Shown: positions 1-10,031, counted from the first letter of the stretch. The stretch is 64,000 nucleotides of DNA from Gemmatimonadota bacterium (GCA_038119905.1 JAYOKQ010000007.1:250-64249); one strand, 5' to 3'. Program-made: numbers and translations. Notes: a model not told the origin generated them from the sequence alone.

Positions 1-1187
1 TAAGTTTGACGGCGGGAAAAAGCTATTTGACGACAGAAGTGGGGGGGAATGTCTACGGGCCATTGTTACTCCACTACTCGCATCAGGTGATGTCTGAGGC
101 CCCCTTTCTCGCGGTGTCGATGGTTGCACTGTGGTTGCTGCAGCGCGGTGTAGGCAGGCAGGGCGTGCTGGATAATCGCCCGCTGTTAATAGGTTTTGCT
201 TGTGCTATGATAGCCTATTATATCCGCAGCATCGGTATCACACTGCTGGGAGCCACCATTGTATATCTACTTTTGCAGCGCGATGTTCGTCGTGGATTAA
301 TTTTTGCGGGTGCGTCGTTTGCTGCCTGGTTGCCTTGGACGCTGCGCAACAGTGCTGTTGGTGGTGGGGTCTACTTTAAAGTGTTGTTTCAGGTAAATCC
401 GTATTATCCAGATCAGGGTATGCTTGATCTGGATCGGGTAATAGATCGACTACTGAACAATGGCTCGGAGTATCTCAATACTGAACTTCCGCGTTTGCTA
501 TGGCCGTTTTTCTCTTCGGAGGGTGGGTTCGGTCCCGTATCGGTCTTTGTGGTTATGCTCGCTGCCTATACGCTGATGCAGGCGGTGCGTTTCCGCCGAG
601 ATCTACTGCTGGTCCTTTATACCGCCTTTACGCTCGGTGTAGCGCTGCTGTGGTTTTGGATTGACGTGCGCTTTCTCTTTGGTGTCGTACCGCTGTTGGT
701 CTACTTTGCCGTCCGAGCAGTCAATGATCTGGCCGCTGGGCTGTCTGCACATGGCGGACTTTGGACGGGGCGTGCCCTGCGCTGGGGTCTATTGGTGGTA
801 GTTACCTGGGGACAGGTCCCGGGTGTGGCGCGCTTGGCCGAGTATGCACGTTCTGATTATCCACCGGTATGGAGCCGCTATTATCAGGCCGGTCAGTGGA
901 TTAAACAAAACACTGATGCCGATGATATCGTTCTGTGCCGTAAGGGCTATTGGATGCATGTCGTTTCTGGTCGGCGAACGGTAGGGTTTCCTTTTGAAGA
1001 TCCAAAGACGATCATGGAACACATAAAACGAGAAAAAGTTAAATTCGTCGTACTGGAAAGTCTCGGTTATCCTCAGACAAAACGATATCTACTACCTGCG
1101 GTACAGATGCACGTGGACCAATTTGAAGTGATGTGGGGAGATCAACTCGTGCCAACTCACATACTAAAATTTACGGGTCTACCGTAA
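1..1187 (+). CDS. GT-C fold membrane glycosyltransferase (family 39 / ArnT-PMT-like), 5' end cut by the window edge
   Basis: ORF 6..1187 stays open to the window edge. It has many hydrophobic segments followed by a soluble C-terminal domain. The family call rests on topology and composition only. Confidence 0.45.
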   Translation, partial: SLTAGKSYLTTEVGGNVYGPLLLHYSHQVMSEAPFLAVSMVALWLLQRGVGRQGVLDNRPLLIGFACAMIAYYIRSIGITLLGATIVYLLLQRDVRRGLIFAGASFAAWLPWTLRNSAVGGGVYFKVLFQVNPYYPDQGMLDLDRVIDRLLNNGSEYLNTELPRLLWPFFSSEGGFGPVSVFVVMLAAYTLMQAVRFRRDLLLVLYTAFTLGVALLWFWIDVRFLFGVVPLLVYFAVRAVNDLAAGLSAHGGLWTGRALRWGLLVVVTWGQVPGVARLAEYARSDYPPVWSRYYQAGQWIKQNTDADDIVLCRKGYWMHVVSGRRTVGFPFEDPKTIMEHIKREKVKFVVLESLGYPQTKRYLLPAVQMHVDQFEVMWGDQLVPTHILKFTGLP

Positions 1188-1487
1188 GTGTGTTAGCAGG
1201 ACAGAAGATGGGTGTGGATTTTTCATATGAACACGCTGTTTACGGATCCCGTGTAATCGACCTCGCCCTTGATCCTTAGTAAACTATCTCGTTCTGGCTT
1301 TAAGGCTTGTCTTCTGGCCTAGTTGGTATCGTGTTTCTGCAACGGCACGCCCTCACCGATCGTGTATACTGCCTTATATTTCTCACGCGTCACCTGGTCA
1401 TTAGTGGCGCTTAGTAGAGGCATCTATCCGACAGGTGATTGATACGGTTGCCTATAAGTATGGATGCCACGTTCGTCGAGTTCGACG

Positions 1488-2486
1488 CTATGAAACAGCT
1501 CCGGGCAGGGGAGCCGCTTCGTGCACTAGAGACTCGCTGCGCAACTCTTCCCAGAAGGCGTGGGGGATCTCTTTCGTCAGAAGATTGTAATTCTCTTCGA
1601 CGCGTGTAGGTTGGCGCGTGCCGGGGATGATACAGGTTATAGCTGGGTGCGCAAACACAAACTGCGAGGCGGCCGCTTTCACATCGACACTATGGCGTGC
1701 GGCTACGGCCTCTATGGCCTGTGCCTTTTGCATGATGTCCTGCGGTGCTTCACCGTAGTTGTAGGTAGCGCCGGGTTTGGCGCCTTTAGCAAGAATTCCG
1801 CTATTGTACGTGCCGCCCGCCATGATGCCGATATTTTTCTCCAGGCAGAGCGGTAAGAGTTCGTCTAGGGCGCTCTGGTCTAGCAAACTGTAGCGACCCG
1901 CCAACAAAAAGCAGTCAAAGTCACCTTCGCGGGCAAAGCGCGCCAACATTTCCCATTGATTCATGCCGGCGCTGACGGCGCGTATCACCCCCTGTGAGCG
2001 CAGAGCGTCTAGTGCGGGGTAGGCACCGTCTATGGCCTCCTGCCAGTGCGCATCTGGATCGTGAATATGCAGGATATCGATGCGTTCTACTCCTAAGCGC
2101 TCCAGGCTCTCTTCTAGTGAGCGCATGACGCCGTCGTAGCTGAAGTCAAACACGGGTTTAAACGGCGGAGGATCGCCAAAAATAGACTGACCCCGATCGC
2201 TGTCGTCGCTGGGCACGAGTAGGCGACCCACTTTTGAAGCCAACACATAGGTATCGCGAGGAATGCCTTGGAGCGCCCGACCAAGGCGCTGTTCACTTTT
2301 TCCCGAGCCATATAGAGGCGCCGTATCGAAGAGGTTGAGGCCGAGGTCGAGGGCTTTGTGAACGACGTCAGTCGCCTGCTCTTCGGGAATATCGCCGTAG
2401 AGGCCGCCAATGGCGGCGCAGCCAAGGCCCAATCTAGTGACCTGCAGGCTGCTGCTGCCTAAGTCCGTTTTTTCTAAGGGGTGCAT
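1488..2486 (-). CDS. aldo/keto reductase
   Basis: The internal Met at 2486 gives MHPLEKTDLGSS..LGLGCAAIGGLYG, a typical AKR N-terminus. LFDTAPLYG and ILHIHDPD motifs are also present. The 32-codon upstream extension in the ORF track looks spurious. Confidence 0.8.
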   Translation of the reverse strand: MHPLEKTDLGSSSLQVTRLGLGCAAIGGLYGDIPEEQATDVVHKALDLGLNLFDTAPLYGSGKSEQRLGRALQGIPRDTYVLASKVGRLLVPSDDSDRGQSIFGDPPPFKPVFDFSYDGVMRSLEESLERLGVERIDILHIHDPDAHWQEAIDGAYPALDALRSQGVIRAVSAGMNQWEMLARFAREGDFDCFLLAGRYSLLDQSALDELLPLCLEKNIGIMAGGTYNSGILAKGAKPGATYNYGEAPQDIMQKAQAIEAVAARHSVDVKAAASQFVFAHPAITCIIPGTRQPTRVEENYNLLTKEIPHAFWEELRSESLVHEAAPLPGAVS

Positions 2487-2563
2487 GGACCATCTCCCAG
2501 TTGAGTGTGCGAAGAGGCTAATATAGGCGATCGAAGTGCGGGGAAAAGGCAAGGGGCATGTGC

Positions 2564-2592
2564 TTGACGCTAATAGACCCATGGCGTAGATT
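2564..2592 (+). promoter_or_regulatory. sigma70-like promoter TTGACG-17-TAGATT
   Basis: The hexamers were read directly. The 17-nt spacer places the transcription start about 35 nt upstream of the ATG at 2634. Confidence 0.4.
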
Positions 2593-2633
2593 ACCGAAAT
2601 ATCCTCTATTATGTCGGAAATAGTTGAATATAA

Positions 2634-4172
2634 ATGAGATGCGAGACCTTAAGGTGCTCGTTTTTTTGCGTATCTGTGCGCGCTTTCAATAATGTTAAGT
2701 GGTTGCTTGCACTGTTCGTCCTGTCGTCTTGCAGCCCGAGCGAAGAGACCCCGTCTATTTCGGATGAGGCGCCGGTTCAGGCGGCTTCTGCCGATTCGCA
2801 AGACGAGATACGATACGCTTGGCGCGATGGCCAGTTAGCATGGTACTCTTGGTCAGAGCACGCATCAAGAGAAACTCTTCCGGATCGCCCGCTGCTATTT
2901 TACGTGGCGGCTCCTGGCTGCGAAGGGCTGTTTCCCATGCCTTCTCCTCTATTGCGAGAAATTGTGGAACGGCGCTATGTTGGGGTGCGCGTCAATCCCT
3001 TCGTGTGGCCGGATGCGATGCGCTACCTGCGGCCGGGTGGGTGTCCGTCGCTTGTTATCGCGCACCCGGACGGTCGCGTCGTCGCGCGCGCCACAGATAT
3101 TCCGCCGCGCCACGTCGAGTCATATCTGCTGCGTTTGTTGGCAGCGTTTGAAAAAGGGCACGAAGCGCTCGATGCCGTAGAGCGGCCGGCCGGTGTATCT
3201 CATTCGGTCCGCGTGGCGCACGTCTACGAGACTCTACTGTCGGCAGTCGATCAACGACACGGAGGGTTGTTTGGTCCCCGCAAGTACTTACACGCGCGCG
3301 CGCTGCGCTTCCTATGGCTTCGTTCCGGCGTCGTCGGCGATACGACGACGCAGCGCGTTGTTGAAGATGCGCTAAGCGCATTTTTGCGTTCGCCGCTGAA
3401 CGACGATCAGAGTGGAGCGTTTGCGCTCTACTCCTATGCACCAGATTGGGGCCATCCGGCAGGCGAGAGAGATGTGCTCAATCAAGCCGAAGTCGTCCAG
3501 CTGCTGTCCGACGTGGGGCAGCAGGCTCCTGTCGATGCTTGGTTGTCCTATGTCGGCGACCAGCTGCGCGATGCGCGCACCGGTGCACTGCGCGGCCGTC
3601 AGGTTCAGCTTGCTGACGGAAGCTGGTGGACGGATCCTCAAATCTATGTGGATCGCTTGGCTAGTGTGCTGCTTGTATTGGCCCGCGTCGCCGAGGAACG
3701 CGAATCGCCGCTGGCCGTTAGTATAGCAGATGGAGCCCTGCGTTTTCTCGTGGAAAACTGCGTGGACGACCGGGGTATAGTTTCGCATATCTGTAGCGCC
3801 GAAGGTCCGCGGGGATTGTTGGTGGACCAAGCGCTCGTCGCGCTGGCGCTGCACGCATGGACGCCTCGGTCTGTATACGCCACTGCAGAGGTGGCACAGC
3901 GCACCGCGCGCTTTGCCGAGGAATTTCTCTACTCGGACCAACGTCAGCAGTTTGCTGCAGGTTGGCGCTGGCCGCTGTCGGAGGACTATGCCGTTGACGA
4001 CGATGGCTATCCCGTCGGCAACGCGCTGATGGCCGAGTGGTATCACGTACAGGGCTTCAGCGATCGTGCCGATAAGTTGGTAGATGCCGCCCGCTTCGTG
4101 GATGGAGAGCACAGCGTGGCATCGCATTGGGCTTGGATAGAGATGATGCGACAAAGAGATAAAAGCCAATGA
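2634..4172 (+). CDS. DUF255/YyaL-like protein: thioredoxin-fold N-domain plus (alpha/alpha)6-like C-domain, probable lipoprotein
   Basis: GGLFGPRKYLHARALRFLW matches the GGFGxAPKFP signature region of the family. A lipobox-like LFVLSSC lies near the N-terminus. An alternative GTG start at 2676 gives a cleaner signal peptide. Confidence 0.55.
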   Translation: MRCETLRCSFFCVSVRAFNNVKWLLALFVLSSCSPSEETPSISDEAPVQAASADSQDEIRYAWRDGQLAWYSWSEHASRETLPDRPLLFYVAAPGCEGLFPMPSPLLREIVERRYVGVRVNPFVWPDAMRYLRPGGCPSLVIAHPDGRVVARATDIPPRHVESYLLRLLAAFEKGHEALDAVERPAGVSHSVRVAHVYETLLSAVDQRHGGLFGPRKYLHARALRFLWLRSGVVGDTTTQRVVEDALSAFLRSPLNDDQSGAFALYSYAPDWGHPAGERDVLNQAEVVQLLSDVGQQAPVDAWLSYVGDQLRDARTGALRGRQVQLADGSWWTDPQIYVDRLASVLLVLARVAEERESPLAVSIADGALRFLVENCVDDRGIVSHICSAEGPRGLLVDQALVALALHAWTPRSVYATAEVAQRTARFAEEFLYSDQRQQFAAGWRWPLSEDYAVDDDGYPVGNALMAEWYHVQGFSDRADKLVDAARFVDGEHSVASHWAWIEMMRQRDKSQ

Positions 4173-5086
4173 AAATAGTTGTTACGGGAGCGCGTGGCTT
4201 TTTGGGTCGCTGTCTGCTCGGCATCGGGGGCGATCACGAATGGATAGGTTGGTCCCGTGTGGCTGGACAAGTCGAGGGTCGCCCGTGTTGTTGCGTCGAT
4301 TTAACCGATGGTGCAGCACTGCTCGAGGCGCTGCGCGTGCATCGCCCCGACTGGGTCATTCACGCCGCGGCCATGACCGATGTTGATGGATGTGAGCGCG
4401 ATCCGGCTGCTGGGCGTGCGATTAACGTAGATACTGTGGCCCATCTGGCCGCCGCCTGTCGCGCCACTGAGACGGGATTGGTCCATGTATCTACGGACTA
4501 CGTATTTGACGGGGCTAGTGGACCCTATCGCGAGGGCGATACGCCGCGTCCGCTCTCGACGTACGGCGCGCTCAAATTGGAGAGTGAAGGTCTTGTTCTG
4601 GGGCAGGTAGAACGCGGTATTGTAGTGCGGACGATGTGGCTCTACGGCTATGTTAAGGGCGCGCGTCCGAATATGATAACTTGGCCGTTGGAAACGCTGG
4701 GACGCGGTGCGTCATTGCGCATCGTCGCTGATCAATGGGGCAATCCAACCTATGGTCCGGATCTGGCGCGCGCGCTGCTGGGACTGTGCGAGACGCAAGG
4801 AACGGGCCTGTGGCATATGGGCGGGGGTAGTTTTATGACGCGCCGAGAACAGGTCGTTGAGTTGGCTACGTTTTTTGGTCTGGATGCCGAGTGCGTGCTA
4901 TCTACGACCACGGCTGAACTGGGACAGCCGGCCAAGCGGCCTCTGCGCTCAGGGCTGTGCACAGAGGCTGTAGAACAGCAGCTTGGCTGGGCCCCGATGT
5001 CGTTTATTCAGAGCCTAAATGATCTGCTGTCCAACGAGCATTTTTATCGAGACTACGGGCATCTCATTGAGTGCAAAAAGACATGA
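4169..5086 (+). CDS. rmlD: dTDP-4-dehydrorhamnose reductase-like (RmlD family) NAD(P)-dependent reductase
   Basis: MKIVVTGARGFLG Rossmann start. STDYVFDG...YGALKLESE matches the RmlD substrate and catalytic YxxxK region. ATGA overlap with the upstream gene. Confidence 0.65.
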   Translation: MKIVVTGARGFLGRCLLGIGGDHEWIGWSRVAGQVEGRPCCCVDLTDGAALLEALRVHRPDWVIHAAAMTDVDGCERDPAAGRAINVDTVAHLAAACRATETGLVHVSTDYVFDGASGPYREGDTPRPLSTYGALKLESEGLVLGQVERGIVVRTMWLYGYVKGARPNMITWPLETLGRGASLRIVADQWGNPTYGPDLARALLGLCETQGTGLWHMGGGSFMTRREQVVELATFFGLDAECVLSTTTAELGQPAKRPLRSGLCTEAVEQQLGWAPMSFIQSLNDLLSNEHFYRDYGHLIECKKT

Positions 5087-5790
5087 CAGAACAAAAGCTA
5101 AGCGTATCTCTGATAACACCGACCTATAACGAGAGCGAAAATATACCTATCCTGGCCGAGGAAATTTTCTCTGTTATAGGGGCCCATCCGGATATTGACT
5201 TGGAACTGATCGTCGTAGACGACAATTCTCCAGATGGGACGGGAGCTGTGGCCGAGGGTTTGACCGATGCATACCCTCTGCAGGTAATACATCGGGCGGG
5301 TAAACTCGGGTTGGGATCTGCTGTTATGGAGGGATTCGCTCGCTCCGAACGCGATTATATCGGGGTCATTGATGCCGACCTGAGCCACGATCCGGCGATT
5401 CTGCCCGAGTTGATCTATGGGTTGCGAGCATACGACGTCACGATAGGAAGTCGGTTTGGCGAGACGAGTAAGGTAGAAAAATGGGCGCTGCATCGCCGAC
5501 TTACCTCGCTGACCGGCGTTGGGCTCGCTCGCCTGATCACGGGTGTCGAGGATCCGTTGTCCGGTTATTTCTTTCTTCATCGCAGCGGATTGGGTGATTT
5601 GGAACTGACGTCTACAGGCTACAAGATTTTGCTGGAAATATTGGTTAAAGGGCGCGTGCAGACGCACTTGTCCGTGCCGTTTGTCTTTCGCAATCGACAG
5701 TTTAGCCAAAGCAAGCTCAACGCCAAAGAGTATGTGCTTTTTGCCAAACAGTTGCTCTACTTCGGTGCCTACAAACTATTTAAATCTTAG
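5083..5790 (+). CDS. polyprenol-phosphate sugar synthase (Dpm1-like GT2, dolichol-phosphate mannosyltransferase family)
   Basis: VSLITPTYNESENI...VVDDNSPDGT...DADLSHDP motifs. The ATG at 5083 overlaps the rmlD-like stop (ATGA). The ORF-track start at 5071 is a GTG. Confidence 0.8.
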   Translation: MTEQKLSVSLITPTYNESENIPILAEEIFSVIGAHPDIDLELIVVDDNSPDGTGAVAEGLTDAYPLQVIHRAGKLGLGSAVMEGFARSERDYIGVIDADLSHDPAILPELIYGLRAYDVTIGSRFGETSKVEKWALHRRLTSLTGVGLARLITGVEDPLSGYFFLHRSGLGDLELTSTGYKILLEILVKGRVQTHLSVPFVFRNRQFSQSKLNAKEYVLFAKQLLYFGAYKLFKS

Positions 5791-5808
5791 CCAAGGCTAT
5801 GATGCAGT

Positions 5809-7482
5809 ATGCGACTTAGCGTTGTCCTTCTCAGCTACAATACGCGCGACCTGACGGAGCAGGCGCTGCACTCCGTGCGCGCAGCGATTGGAGACCTAGA
5901 GGCGGAGATTTTCGTGGTTGACAACGCTTCACACGACGGCAGCGCCGATATGGTGGAGCGTCAATTTCCCGATGTGCACCTGCTGCGCAATGAATCCAAT
6001 ACGGGCTTTTCCGCAGGTAATAACGTCGCACTACGCCAGGTGAGCGGGCGCTATGTCTTGTTGCTCAATACCGATACGATCGTGCGCGGCGATACGTTTC
6101 GCCACTTGGTCGATTTTATGGAGGACCATCCACAGGCCGGTGCCGTTGGCTGTAAGATTCTCAACCCCGATGGTACGCTGCAGTTAGACAGCCGGCGCGG
6201 TTTTCCCACGCCGCTTGCCGCGTTCTGTAAGATGTCTGGACTCAGCCGGTTTTTTCCCGACCATCCGACTATTGCTCGATATAATATGACGTTTCTCGAT
6301 CCCGACGAGTGTGCCGAAGTCGACGTGCTATCGGGGTCGTGTATGCTCGTGCGCAAAGAGGCGATGGATCAGGTCGGACTCTTAGATGAAGACTACTTCA
6401 TGTATGGGGAAGACATCGACTGGTGCTATCGCATCCACCGAGCCGGTTGGAAAATTTTCTATACCCCCAATACAGAAATCGTGCATTTTCGCGGCGAGAG
6501 CGGTCGCGGTGTGCCGCTGCGCATACTCTATCGCAAGAGCAAAGCGATGTCGATTTTTGTCGGCAAGCACATGAAGGAGCGCTACCGCTTTTTCCCGCCT
6601 TGGATTCTTCACGTGGGCATTGCGCTCTATGGCGTGCTGCGCTTTGTCGCCAAGGGTGCTCAGGCACTGGCCCTGCCTCTGCTTGACGGCCTGTTGATCG
6701 CGTGCGGTTTACGCTTTGGTTTGGCCGTTCGCTATCATGAGCAACTCGCTCCGCTAATGCACCAAATAGAGGCGCTCAGTAACCAGATTGGGCTACGGGC
6801 AGAGCCCACGCGTTGGTTGACGTTACCGCCGTATTCCGATGAGCAGTGGCTAGCCGTTTACGTCGTCTCGACGTTGGTATGGCTTCTGTCCTTTACGGCA
6901 CTAGGACTCTACGGTCGTAGGCGCTATTCGCCGGCGTGGGCTATCGTCGGGGTGTCGTTGGGTTTCGCGCTGATTTTGACCTTTGTCTTCTTTTTTAAGG
7001 CCTATAACTTTTCGCGCTTGGCCGCCGGTGCGGCCTGGGCGTGCAACGTTGTTTTGCTGGCGGGCTGGCGCCTCGGTGTACGTTGGCTGGGACGAAAGCG
7101 GGGAACTCAGCGCGTGCGGGAACGCGTGCTATTGGTTGGAACGGATGAACAAGCGCGACATTTCATCGAACGGTGGAATGATATAGGCTATATGTCGAGC
7201 GATTTGGTTGGCGTTGTGCAAGTGGGTGCTGGCAACGCCTCTTCGTTCGCTGGCCGCCCCGTCGTCGGCGAATTTGACGAAATGGACGATTTGGTTGGAG
7301 ACCTGAATGTGGATGCGCTGGTCTTTGTGCCGGGCACGCTAGCGCTAGCGCTGGATCACATGCAGGATCGCTGGGGACGGGAAGATCTGCGCGTGTGCAT
7401 GGTTCCGGTGGGATTTGCCGACATGGAAGACGAGTCGAGCACTGCATCTGGGCAGATACCGCTGGTTGATATCGCCGGTTAG
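5809..7482 (+). CDS. GT2 glycosyltransferase fused to a polytopic membrane region and a WbaP-N-terminal-like (CoA-binding-like) module
   Basis: N-terminus LSVVLLSYNTRD..VVDNASHDGS..NTGFSAGNN..DEDYFMYGEDIDW is rhamnosyl-type GT2. Residues about 265-420 are hydrophobic. The C-terminus RVLLVGTDEQARHFIERW..VVGV..VVGEFDEMDDLV..VDALVF resembles the pre-catalytic part of polyprenyl glycosylphosphotransferases. Confidence 0.7.
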   Translation: MRLSVVLLSYNTRDLTEQALHSVRAAIGDLEAEIFVVDNASHDGSADMVERQFPDVHLLRNESNTGFSAGNNVALRQVSGRYVLLLNTDTIVRGDTFRHLVDFMEDHPQAGAVGCKILNPDGTLQLDSRRGFPTPLAAFCKMSGLSRFFPDHPTIARYNMTFLDPDECAEVDVLSGSCMLVRKEAMDQVGLLDEDYFMYGEDIDWCYRIHRAGWKIFYTPNTEIVHFRGESGRGVPLRILYRKSKAMSIFVGKHMKERYRFFPPWILHVGIALYGVLRFVAKGAQALALPLLDGLLIACGLRFGLAVRYHEQLAPLMHQIEALSNQIGLRAEPTRWLTLPPYSDEQWLAVYVVSTLVWLLSFTALGLYGRRRYSPAWAIVGVSLGFALILTFVFFFKAYNFSRLAAGAAWACNVVLLAGWRLGVRWLGRKRGTQRVRERVLLVGTDEQARHFIERWNDIGYMSSDLVGVVQVGAGNASSFAGRPVVGEFDEMDDLVGDLNVDALVFVPGTLALALDHMQDRWGREDLRVCMVPVGFADMEDESSTASGQIPLVDIAG

Positions 7483-7496
7483 AGAGGTGTAATCGC

Positions 7497-9254
7497 GTGG
7501 CTAAAGGGAGAGGGGCGCGTGCGCCGCGCTGGGCGCTGTTTGTGGTAGTGGTGGTGGCCGCTTATGTGTTTTCAGGTCTGCGCTATGGGGTTGCGCGCGA
7601 GGGCGACCAAAGTCTCGATTTAGTGTTTGAAGTGCGGGATCGCATTCACCGCGACTACGTCGATCCCGTAGACAGCGTCCGCGTTGTAGATGCTGGGATA
7701 GATGGAATGTTGGATCTCCTCCCAGAAGAGCGCCGCCAAACGGCCTTCGCCCAGCGCTGGACGGAAGACCATCCCGGCGATCGGGCTCAGCGGCAGCAGT
7801 TGGTCGAGACGTTTAACCTGCTCAGAGATATGCCATCAGAAGGTATTCCGGCCGATTCGCTCGTGCGTAGTTCGGTTTGGGGTATGCTGTCGGCGCTCGA
7901 TCCACATTCCAGCTATCTCGACGAGACCGACTACGCCGATATGGTAGAACGCTTTCGCGGCGATTTTGAGGGCATTGGTATTTACTTTGAAGTCCGCGAC
8001 GGAAAGCTGCTGGTAATCTCGCCGATTTTTGGTTCGCCGTCCTACGGAAAACTGCGCGCCGGCGACCATATTGCGGAAATAGAGGGCATTTCTACCGAAG
8101 GCATCAGCAACGAAGAGGTGATGGACAAACTGCGCGGTGCGCGCGGGTCGGTCGTGCATGTGAGCGTGCGTCGTCAGGGGAGAGCCGACCTTCAGCACTA
8201 TGCGATCCGCCGCGACCGGGTGACCATACGCAGCGTGCCCTACGCTTATATGATAGAGCCCGGTGTGGGCTATGTGCGCGCCGTGCGATTTGCCGAGACG
8301 ACGGCCGATGAACTGTCGCAGGCACTGAAGGATTTGCACGGTCAAGGCATGCAGTCACTGGTGCTTGATTTACGTGACAACGGCGGTGGGTTGTTGGATC
8401 AAGCCGTTGAAGTAGCCGACTTTTTCTTGGATCGGGGCCAACTCATCGTTTATACGGAGGGACGGGACGGTACGCGTCAGGAGTATCATGCGCGCGATCG
8501 TCTGGGGACACCGCTGCCCCTGGTGATATTAATTGATCACGGTAGTGCTAGTGCGTCGGAAATTGTGGCGGGTGCCGTACAGGATCTGGATCGGGGCATT
8601 GTGGTTGGACAGACCAGCTTTGGCAAGGGGCTTGTCCAAGGCCAGTTTCCTCTGCGTAGCAACGGCGGTCTGCTGCTGCTGACCGTTGCTCGTTACTACA
8701 CCCCGCTAGGGCGACTGATTCAGCGTCCCTATACCGAGGACGTGCACGCTTATTACGAGGAGGGGGTGGACGATATTGACCCCAATAACGTCGACAGTTT
8801 GCGCGTTGGGAAAACCGTGTTTCGCACGGCTGCTGGGCGGGCGGTTTACGGTGGTGGCGGTATCACTCCCGACGTATTGCTGCCCTCAGAAGCATACAGC
8901 GACTTCGCTATCGACCTTTTCTCGCAGGGGTATTTGGCCGACTTTTGTGGCTACTGGGTGGGTGTTCACCACGCGTGGCCGGCCGACTTTGCCGGCTATT
9001 TGAGCGGTTATCAAATAGACCGAGAGGTCATGGATGCATGGGAGACTTTTCTCGTCGACAGGATGCCCTCGGTGGCCGATTCGACCCTTGCATCGCACAG
9101 TCGCTTTGTGCGCGACGAACTCAAGGCGGGTTTTGCGCGCGTGCTGTGGGGAGAAGAGCAGTATTATCGGGTCCGTCTCCAAGCGGATGAGCAGCTGGAA
9201 GCAGCCCTTGAACAGATTCCCAATGCGGCTGAATTAGTCCGCCATCACTATTGA
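7497..9254 (+). CDS. ctp: carboxy-terminal processing protease (peptidase S41) with PDZ domain
   Basis: GIGIYFEVRDGKLLVISP..GSPSYGKLRAGDHIAEIEG (PDZ), LVLDLRDNGGGLL and SASASEI catalytic-region motifs. N-terminal membrane anchor. Confidence 0.85.
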   Translation: MAKGRGARAPRWALFVVVVVAAYVFSGLRYGVAREGDQSLDLVFEVRDRIHRDYVDPVDSVRVVDAGIDGMLDLLPEERRQTAFAQRWTEDHPGDRAQRQQLVETFNLLRDMPSEGIPADSLVRSSVWGMLSALDPHSSYLDETDYADMVERFRGDFEGIGIYFEVRDGKLLVISPIFGSPSYGKLRAGDHIAEIEGISTEGISNEEVMDKLRGARGSVVHVSVRRQGRADLQHYAIRRDRVTIRSVPYAYMIEPGVGYVRAVRFAETTADELSQALKDLHGQGMQSLVLDLRDNGGGLLDQAVEVADFFLDRGQLIVYTEGRDGTRQEYHARDRLGTPLPLVILIDHGSASASEIVAGAVQDLDRGIVVGQTSFGKGLVQGQFPLRSNGGLLLLTVARYYTPLGRLIQRPYTEDVHAYYEEGVDDIDPNNVDSLRVGKTVFRTAAGRAVYGGGGITPDVLLPSEAYSDFAIDLFSQGYLADFCGYWVGVHHAWPADFAGYLSGYQIDREVMDAWETFLVDRMPSVADSTLASHSRFVRDELKAGFARVLWGEEQYYRVRLQADEQLEAALEQIPNAAELVRHHY

Positions 9255-9311
9255 TTTTTACCCGACTTATGCGTATTGTGAACGCGGGTTTTTATTGGGA
9301 GATTACTACCT

Positions 9312-10013
9312 ATGTCAGGAATTGAAGTCGCGGGTGGCAAGAAGATTATTCTACCGATGAGTCGCGCGGTAGAAATTAGCTTGCGCAGCCTTAAAATTCG
9401 CTTTGGCCGGTCGCTCATTACGACGAGCGGCGTCGTGTTGGCCATCGCCTTTCTCATGTCCGTTTGGAGTAGCAATGAAATCGTCTCGAGCTTGCGCGAC
9501 GTCAACAAGAGCGAGATCAACTTGCTGCTGCAGAAAAAAGGCGTCGAAACGGGACTGACTGACGGCGGTGCCGAGTCGGAAGAGGCTCAAGCGCGCCTAC
9601 AGGAAGAGCAGTCCAAGCAGATGTGGCTGATCGGGTTATCGCTGCTGGTATGCGTGGTCGGTATTGCCAACGCCATGCTCATGTCGGTAACGGAGCGCTT
9701 CCGCGAAATAGGAACCATGAAGTGTCTGGGAGCGCTTGATTCGTTTATTGTAAAGCTGTTCCTGCTGGAATCTACGTTCCAGGGTGTGGCCGGCACTGCA
9801 GCGGGTATTGCGATTGGTTTTCTGCTCACGCTCGGTCTGGCCCTGCTCGATTATGGCGCGTTTGTAATTGACTACTTTCCCGTTTCTGGCATTGTTCAGT
9901 CGGCTTTATACGCGCTGATCGCCGGCACGGTGCTCTCGCTGATAGGCGCGATGCTACCGGCCTATCGCGCGGCGAAAATGGAGCCGGTCGAAGCCATGCG
10001 GTCCGATACTTAA
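9312..10013 (+). CDS. FtsX-family ABC transporter permease (short extracytoplasmic loop)
   Basis: The C-terminal FtsX-type 3-TM bundle ends in LPAYRAAKMEPVEAMR. An N-terminal TM helix follows SLRSLKIRFGRS. Confidence 0.75.
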   Translation: MSGIEVAGGKKIILPMSRAVEISLRSLKIRFGRSLITTSGVVLAIAFLMSVWSSNEIVSSLRDVNKSEINLLLQKKGVETGLTDGGAESEEAQARLQEEQSKQMWLIGLSLLVCVVGIANAMLMSVTERFREIGTMKCLGALDSFIVKLFLLESTFQGVAGTAAGIAIGFLLTLGLALLDYGAFVIDYFPVSGIVQSALYALIAGTVLSLIGAMLPAYRAAKMEPVEAMRSDT

Positions 10014-10031
10014 TCCACGAGGAATTTACTG

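Noticed and set aside
1188-1487. 300-nt spacer between convergent genes, screened for small or Sec-containing ORFs
   Set aside because: Only a 34-codon ORF (MPLLSATNDQVTREKYKAVYTIGEGVPLQKHDTN, minus strand) and a 23-codon plus-strand ORF are present. Neither has an RBS or a recognisable motif. Small palindromes (CGTCGA..TCGACG) lack U-tracts.
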